The notes below the pieces were generated by a model that was not told the origin of the DNA, did no database searches, and saw only the letters and a program-made list of their open reading frames with translations. 64,000 nt of DNA. Origin: Bacteroidales bacterium (GTDB lineage Bacteria > Bacteroidota > Bacteroidia > Bacteroidales > Tenuifilaceae). The stretch spans positions 58 to 64,057 of the forward strand of contig JAQUJY010000005.1 in NCBI GenBank assembly GCA_028680705.1. The letters run 5' to 3'. Positions 58,738 to 64,000 of the stretch are shown piece by piece. Made by a program: the position numbers and the translations under genes. Every line of letters begins with the position of its first letter. Within the stretch, counting starts at the first letter, position 1.

Positions 58738-59511
58738 ATGGCAACTTTTCTGTTTGACGAGATAATTTTTGGACCCGTACGTAGCCGAAGGCTTGGGGCA
58801 TCACTTGGTGTAAATTTGCTTCCCACAAAATCAAAGGTTTGTAGTTTCGATTGTATATACTGCGAGTGTGGTTGGACCAACAGCGCCGAGAGTTCTAAAC
58901 TCCCAACGCGCGACGAGGTAAAGGAGCATATGCAAAATCGGCTTGTGAAGATGAAGGCTAATGCTGAGGAACTTGATGTTATAACCTTTGCAGGTAACGG
59001 TGAACCCACTTTACACCCTAGTTTTGCTGAGATAATTGACGATACCATTGAGCTTAGGGACGAGTACTTCCCCGATGCCCGCATTGCGGTGCTGTCAAAT
59101 TCTACCATGCTGCATAAGCCGAAGGTGGTTAATGCGCTGCTCAAAGTTGAGCAAAATATTCTTAAACTCGATTCGGGTATCGATTCAACCATTCAGGTGC
59201 TAAACCAGCCCCACTCCTCAATTACTGTTGATAAAATTGTTGAGCATTTACAGCAGTTTAAAGGCGATTTTATACTGCAAACAATGTTTCTGCGCGGAAC
59301 ATTTAAGGGCAAAACAGTGGATAACACAACAGATACTGAGGTAAACACATGGCTATCTATAGTAAAACAGCTAATGCCCAATGAGATTATGGTGTACACT
59401 ATTGCCCGCGATACGCCCGTTGAAACCTTGGTTAAGGTTCCGTTAGCCGACCTTGAGGCTATTGCAGATAAAGCACGAAACTTGGGCATTCCTGTTCAAG
59501 TTTCAGGGTGA
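58738..59511 (+). CDS. Radical SAM protein
   Basis: GPVRSRRLGASLGVNLLP followed by CSFDCIYCEC (C-x3-C-x2-C). The start is set at ATG 58738 (MATFLFDEIIFGP). Confidence 0.8.
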   Translation: MATFLFDEIIFGPVRSRRLGASLGVNLLPTKSKVCSFDCIYCECGWTNSAESSKLPTRDEVKEHMQNRLVKMKANAEELDVITFAGNGEPTLHPSFAEIIDDTIELRDEYFPDARIAVLSNSTMLHKPKVVNALLKVEQNILKLDSGIDSTIQVLNQPHSSITVDKIVEHLQQFKGDFILQTMFLRGTFKGKTVDNTTDTEVNTWLSIVKQLMPNEIMVYTIARDTPVETLVKVPLADLEAIADKARNLGIPVQVSG

Positions 59512-60590
59512 TGCTTCGTTTCGATGCAAATGATACGGTTTTAGTTAGCCCTTTGGGCTGGGGGCTAGGTCATGCCTCTCGCCTAATTCCGGTTATCAAT
59601 GCTCTTCTGGATAAGGGTTGCACCGTGGTAATAGGGGCTGACCCTCACACCATTGAACTTCTTCAACCACGTTTCCCAAATGTTGAGTGCTTTGTCTTTA
59701 AATCAGTAAACGTTAAGTTCTCTAAGGGTAAGCATCAACTCTTCTCTTTAATAAGGATTGCGATAAAACTCCTTTTACTAGCAAAAAGGGAGCAAAGGGA
59801 GTTAAAGCGAATTATTGATACTAAATCAATAACCGCCATAATTTCCGATAACCGCTATGGTTTACACGCCAAAGGGGTTAAGAGTGTCCTAGTAACCCAT
59901 CAACTTAGTCCAATCTTTCCAAAACCATTTGGGTGGTTACAACCTCTTGGTAAAAGGTACATAAAGCGGCAAGCGCAACAATTTACCGAGTGCTGGATAC
60001 CCGACTCCGAAAATGGGTTTAGGCTATCGGGTAATTTAAGTGATGGCGAGGTTGCTACGCCTAATGCTAGGTTCGTTGGGTTGATGTCAAGATTTAGTTT
60101 ACTCGAACCCCAAAAGCTACAAAAAGGTTTCGATTTGGTAGGTGTAGTTTCAGGACCTCCACCGCACAGGCAGGCCTTTGAGCAAGAACTAATAAATATA
60201 GGCCAAAGGCTAAATCTGCGTACGCTTATTGTACAAGGTTTGCCCCAGGGTAAAAATGCTGCAAGAACAAAGGGAAAAGTTACCCTAGTACCGCACTTGC
60301 CCGATATACAGTTTGCAAAAGAGTTAATTTCGGCAAAATATGTAATATGTCGTTCGGGTTATAGCACAATAATGGATTTAATTGCCCTGCAGTGTTCGGC
60401 CATAACCGTTCCTACTCCTGGACAAACAGAGCAGGAGTATCTTGCAAATCGAATTGAGGGTGAAAAATTATTTGGCTACTGCCATCAGGATGGGTTAAGG
60501 GACCTAACTATTGATATGCTTGAGGGTAGTGCCCTAAGGATAAACACCAGACCTGGTTTTCAATATTTCGATTTGTCTGTAATACAATAA
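59508..60590 (+). CDS. Glycosyltransferase (MurG/GT28-GT1-like fold)
   Basis: N-terminal GWGLGHASR and C-terminal CRSGYSTIMDL ... PTPGQTEQ resemble the GT-B MurG-like family. Its start (GTG 59508 or ATG 59511) overlaps the radical SAM gene's stop. Confidence 0.6.
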   Translation: MMLRFDANDTVLVSPLGWGLGHASRLIPVINALLDKGCTVVIGADPHTIELLQPRFPNVECFVFKSVNVKFSKGKHQLFSLIRIAIKLLLLAKREQRELKRIIDTKSITAIISDNRYGLHAKGVKSVLVTHQLSPIFPKPFGWLQPLGKRYIKRQAQQFTECWIPDSENGFRLSGNLSDGEVATPNARFVGLMSRFSLLEPQKLQKGFDLVGVVSGPPPHRQAFEQELINIGQRLNLRTLIVQGLPQGKNAARTKGKVTLVPHLPDIQFAKELISAKYVICRSGYSTIMDLIALQCSAITVPTPGQTEQEYLANRIEGEKLFGYCHQDGLRDLTIDMLEGSALRINTRPGFQYFDLSVIQ

Positions 60591-60657
60591 GAATAGTAAA
60601 TAGTATTTTTTTGCCCCCAATAAAAGCACTACATTAGCATTAACAAAACAATTTTTA

Positions 60658-62172
60658 ATGGCACTTCGTATTTGGCTTATAGTAATTGATTTGCTGATTC
60701 TATTAGCATCTTTTTGCATTAGCCTACTGTTTAAGCCAACGGCTAAACTCACAGAATATGTACAAACTAATATTGTTCCCCTCTCAATATTTGTAGTTAT
60801 TTGGTTAGTATCATCGTTTCTTTTTGGAAAATACCAACCTAAAGGGAAAGATTTTGCCCCTTTTGCCAAGCGAATTTTATTCAGTAATGCCTTATCGTTG
60901 GCCGTTTTGGCAATGCTCATGTTTATATTTTACTCCTTTGCCTTTTCGCGTATAGTTGTTTTTGGAACAGTAGGCTTTGCTCTGCTTTTCGAGTATATCT
61001 TTTTTGGAACATGGTTCCTTTTTAAGCAAAGCCATGAGATTTTCGATGAACCCATAAGTTTAAAGGATAAGCCAAAAAAAGATTATAAACTCTTTACAGC
61101 AACAGAAAAGCCAATAGATGAGGCTCGCAAAAAAACGATTAAAAATTCAATTATTGAAGAGTTGGGTGTGGATGCTTACCAGTACTTTAACCGTGTACTA
61201 AATCTCGGGGTCGAGTCAACTCTAATACTTTCTACCACCACAAGATTCAACATCGAAAACCAGCCCACAAATGCTTACAATACCATAATCAATCTTAAAA
61301 GGGTTAACGATTTTAGGCGGATTAATAAGTTTTTTGAGTCGGTAAACGATAAACTGCCCATAGGTGGGCTTTTTGCTTGCAGGGCTGAGACAAAGAACTT
61401 ACGTAAACAACGTATTCTTAAAAAGTTTCCGCCGGTTATCAATCTAATCTATTATTCATTTGATTTTATTGTAAAGCGGGTTCTCCCAAAATTCTCATTG
61501 ACAAAAGGTCTTTATTTTTTTCTTACCCGAGGCGAAAATCGAGTAATTACCCGAGCTGAGCTTCTAGGGCGACTGTATTCTTGTGGTTTTGAGGTACTCG
61601 ACGAAGAATTTGTAGATAAGCATTTGTATGTTGTTAGCCGCAAAATAAAACTTCCGGCCTACGATTTGGAGGCAACCTACGGACCGCTGATAAAGCTTAA
61701 GCGTATTGGTAAGAATGGAAAGGAGATTAAGGTCTACAAGATGCGAACCATGCATCCCTATGCAGAGTATTTGCAGGAGTATGTTTTTGAGGAGCATAAA
61801 TTGGAGGAGGGCGGCAAATTTAAGGACGACTTTAGGGTATCAACCTTAGGTCGCCTTATGCGGAGGCTTTGGATTGATGAGCTACCCATGATTACAAATT
61901 TACTTAAAGGCGACTTGAAAATTGTAGGCGTAAGACCCCTAAGTAAGCAGTACTTCAGCCTTTATACCAAGGAACTCCAAGAAAAACGTACACGTTTCAA
62001 ACCAGGGTTAATTCCACCGTTTTATGCCGATAATCCCAAAACTCTGGAGGAAATAATGGCATCGGAGCATAGGTATCTCGATGCCTATGCTAGCCACCCT
62101 TTTTGGACTGATTTTAGGTATTTCTTTGTGGCTATTTACAGTATCATATTTAAGGGGTATCGGAGTAGTTAA
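60658..62172 (+). CDS. Polyprenyl-phosphate sugar transferase (bacterial sugar transferase family) with N-terminal TM region and central methyltransferase-like domain
   Basis: The C-terminal catalytic region reads KMRTM ... DDFRVSTLGRLMRRLWIDELPMITNLLKGDLKIVGVRP. The N-terminus has 4-5 TM helices. Confidence 0.8.
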   Translation: MALRIWLIVIDLLILLASFCISLLFKPTAKLTEYVQTNIVPLSIFVVIWLVSSFLFGKYQPKGKDFAPFAKRILFSNALSLAVLAMLMFIFYSFAFSRIVVFGTVGFALLFEYIFFGTWFLFKQSHEIFDEPISLKDKPKKDYKLFTATEKPIDEARKKTIKNSIIEELGVDAYQYFNRVLNLGVESTLILSTTTRFNIENQPTNAYNTIINLKRVNDFRRINKFFESVNDKLPIGGLFACRAETKNLRKQRILKKFPPVINLIYYSFDFIVKRVLPKFSLTKGLYFFLTRGENRVITRAELLGRLYSCGFEVLDEEFVDKHLYVVSRKIKLPAYDLEATYGPLIKLKRIGKNGKEIKVYKMRTMHPYAEYLQEYVFEEHKLEEGGKFKDDFRVSTLGRLMRRLWIDELPMITNLLKGDLKIVGVRPLSKQYFSLYTKELQEKRTRFKPGLIPPFYADNPKTLEEIMASEHRYLDAYASHPFWTDFRYFFVAIYSIIFKGYRSS

Positions 62173-62325
62173 AAGAAAATTTACACCATCTTTTGCGTTG
62201 TTTTATTCGATAAAAAATATTCTTGTACGCTACTTGTTTATTGTATCAAGTGAATGAGAAGTTCAACCCCGAAACTGGGTTATGAAATAGAACATCTTAT
62301 AAAAATTTAAAAACAAAAAGTTATA

Positions 62326-62721
62326 ATGAAAGAGCATGAATTACGCCTAACCGTTCGCGATTATGAGTGCGATTTACAGGGAATAGTTAACAATGCCGTT
62401 TATTTAAACTATTTGGAGCATGCGCGACATACTTTTCTGTTAAAGGATGGTATTGACTTTGCAAAACTTCACAAGCAGGGAGTCGATTTAGTAGTTAGTC
62501 GTATTGAGATTGATTATAAGCAATCGCTGTCAAGCGGGGATGAGTTTATTGTTACTTCGAGCATGCACAAAGAGGGGCATCTAAGGGTGATATTCAATCA
62601 AAAGATAAATAGAGCATTGGATAATAAACTGGTGGTAAACGCCAAGGTTATTGGGGTGGGTATTAAGGGTGGGAGGCCGATAAGGGTAACCGATATTGAG
62701 GGTTTTAAGGATATAGAATAG
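62326..62721 (+). CDS. Acyl-CoA thioesterase (4HBT/YbgC-like hotdog fold)
   Basis: RDYECDLQGIVNNAVYLNYLEHAR carries the catalytic Asp context typical of YbgC/FadM-like thioesterases. 131 aa. Confidence 0.8.
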   Translation: MKEHELRLTVRDYECDLQGIVNNAVYLNYLEHARHTFLLKDGIDFAKLHKQGVDLVVSRIEIDYKQSLSSGDEFIVTSSMHKEGHLRVIFNQKINRALDNKLVVNAKVIGVGIKGGRPIRVTDIEGFKDIE

Positions 62722-62729
62722 CGGACAAG

Positions 62730-63122
62730 TTATACTTGGGTGCCCTTTTCCTTATGCGTAACCAAAAGGTAAAGGTTTTTATCCTCAAGAAACAGGTAAC
62801 CATGCTCGTAGCAAAAGCGGTAGGTGTCGCCCCGTTTAGTTGTGTAGGTGTGTGTGTGATAGGTAAAGTTGAAGCCTTGGCTCAATAGAGTATCTTTAGA
62901 CACCATGGTTTTGTCTAATTGAACATTTAGCTCCTCAAGAATCCGCCTGTTTTTACGAAGAGTATTGTTAATATTCCGAACAGAGTTGTTTGCATCGCTA
63001 TTCAGCTTGTTGTTGTAGGTGTTCCGGCACTGGTCGGAGCAAAATATTTTATCAATTCTTCCAACAATCTTTTCGCCACACTCGGGGCAAAGCCGGTCTT
63101 TTGTGTTAGAGTTGTTAGTCAT
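62730..63122 (-). CDS. Zinc-ribbon protein of unknown function
   Basis: 130-aa ORF with CPECGEKIVGRIDKIFCSDQC (C-x2-C ... C-x3-C). No family recognised. Confidence 0.5.
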   Translation of the reverse strand: MTNNSNTKDRLCPECGEKIVGRIDKIFCSDQCRNTYNNKLNSDANNSVRNINNTLRKNRRILEELNVQLDKTMVSKDTLLSQGFNFTYHTHTYTTKRGDTYRFCYEHGYLFLEDKNLYLLVTHKEKGTQV

Positions 63123-63323
63123 TTTCTAGAGATATGGTTAGTTAATAGTATAAGAAACATACAACGGTTAGTATATGAAAAGTAGGCGATTTCGAAGCAC
63201 GAAACTTTCGGTTAAGCTCAATGTTTGATAAGAGCCAAAAGCCTTGAATTTAATACTGTTTCGCCTATTTTTTATATACATTGTTACCTGCTGGCTTTCC
63301 TTCTTTTTGTTCTAAAATATTAA

Positions 63324-64000
63324 TTATTTAGTAAATCTAATTTGCAAATTCAGGTTAAAGTATAAATCTTCGTTTACATTATAAATTTCTCCAAATCCGT
63401 GTCGAGATGAACTTGCCGTATCAAGTTTTGTATTGTTTAACAAGTAATCTTCGAACTCATTTCTGTTGTAAATATGATAGCATAATACATCTCCATTTTC
63501 TTTTACAATTAAATATCCACCCGTTGCATCATATTGTCCTGTCCAAACTTTTGATGGCATCATTCCAAGTGCAACATCCGTTAAGAATCTTTTGATTTTG
63601 TATTCGTAAAATTTATGTTCGTTTTCAATATCGAAGTTCAATGGATTTTCATCAGCTATTTTGTTCACTAAATCCGTCAAATGTGAAAATTCACTTGAAT
63701 AAAAGTCAAAAACGATTTTAGATAGAATTTCAGGAAGTAAGCTGTCTATTAAAACAAGATTGTTAGAGAATATTTGTCGTTCGGTTTTCATAAATACAAA
63801 TTCCCCTCCTTTATTCTGAATTTGCACGATTCTATCCATTATTTTACTTCTAGAATCTATTGCATTGATATGTTCAATGTCACTTTCCGATAGGTTTACA
63901 CCAATAATTTTAAAGATAAAGTTAGTTGTTTTTCCTGCATTAAGTAGAGTAGAAGGACTTCCAAGTTGAGATTTTATACTAAAACCAAGCGTAGGTTGCT
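63324..64000 (-). CDS. HpaII-family type II restriction endonuclease (5' end beyond the window)
   Basis: The frame stays open from 63839 to the window edge. Hand translation gives ...QPTLGFSIKSQLGSPSTLLNAGKTTNFIFKIIGVNLSESDIEHINAIDSRSKI-MDRIVQ.... The C-terminal GGYLIVKENGDVLCYHIYNRNEFEDYLLNNTKLDTASSSRHGFG...LNLQIRF matches my memory of R.HpaII-like proteins. No search was run. Confidence 0.6.
   Translation of the reverse strand, partial: QPTLGFSIKSQLGSPSTLLNAGKTTNFIFKIIGVNLSESDIEHINAIDSRSKIMDRIVQIQNKGGEFVFMKTERQIFSNNLVLIDSLLPEILSKIVFDFYSSEFSHLTDLVNKIADENPLNFDIENEHKFYEYKIKRFLTDVALGMMPSKVWTGQYDATGGYLIVKENGDVLCYHIYNRNEFEDYLLNNTKLDTASSSRHGFGEIYNVNEDLYFNLNLQIRFTK

Noticed and set aside
58677-59192. 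171-aa ORF on the minus strand, antisense to the radical SAM gene
   Set aside because: It has a Ser/Leu-rich low-complexity composition typical of antisense frames. It lies entirely within a gene that carries clear family motifs, and I recognise no motif in it. The same reasoning applies to other long antisense ORFs: 46054..46485, 47755..48180, 4715..5095, 60534..60920 and 7073..7375.
1-64000. Looked for tRNA/rRNA/tmRNA genes, CRISPR arrays, IS elements, integrases and phage genes
   Set aside because: None of the spacers longer than 150 bp shows a T-loop GTTCGAATC-type motif or a cloverleaf candidate. There are no regularly spaced repeats. No ORF has transposase or integrase motifs. This was a by-eye scan, so small or degenerate elements could have been missed.

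Overview
This window looks like a chromosomal segment from a Bacteroidota bacterium. GC is about 40% by hand counts. Promoter-like TAnnTTTG boxes occur instead of Shine-Dalgarno leaders. A complete type IX secretion / gliding core operon (porP-gldK-gldL-gldM-gldN, 21975-28151, minus strand) is present in the order seen in Bacteroidia. I count about 55 densely packed protein genes, most of them housekeeping: lgt, topA, PBP1A, rbfA, trpS, glmS, panC, panD, radA, ubiX, asnS, rpoN, a comF-like gene, manC, and a lolE-like permease. Other content includes a TetR-TolC-HlyD-2xABC-2-permease efflux operon with no ATPase gene, a GH13 amylase, a short glycogen-synthase-like gene, and several Bacteroidota-typical DUF genes (DUF3078, DUF4270, DUF2461, DUF2147). 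An amidohydrolase / radical-SAM / glycosyltransferase / sugar-transferase cluster is also present. I recognised no rRNA, tRNA, CRISPR array, transposase or integrase. Three small patches look accessory. (i) At 1-3.3 kb, a membrane protein, a porin and a decayed toxin-antitoxin pair are bracketed by a perfect 17-nt direct repeat. (ii) At 50.5-52.3 kb, a solitary cytosine-5 DNA methyltransferase sits next to about 600 bp of non-coding DNA with broken ORF fragments. (iii) At the right edge, an AT-rich HpaII-family restriction endonuclease gene runs off the window. I did not find a convincing complete novel multi-gene system. The findings below are leads to check, not demonstrated discoveries. All family assignments come from motif recognition by eye; no database search was run.
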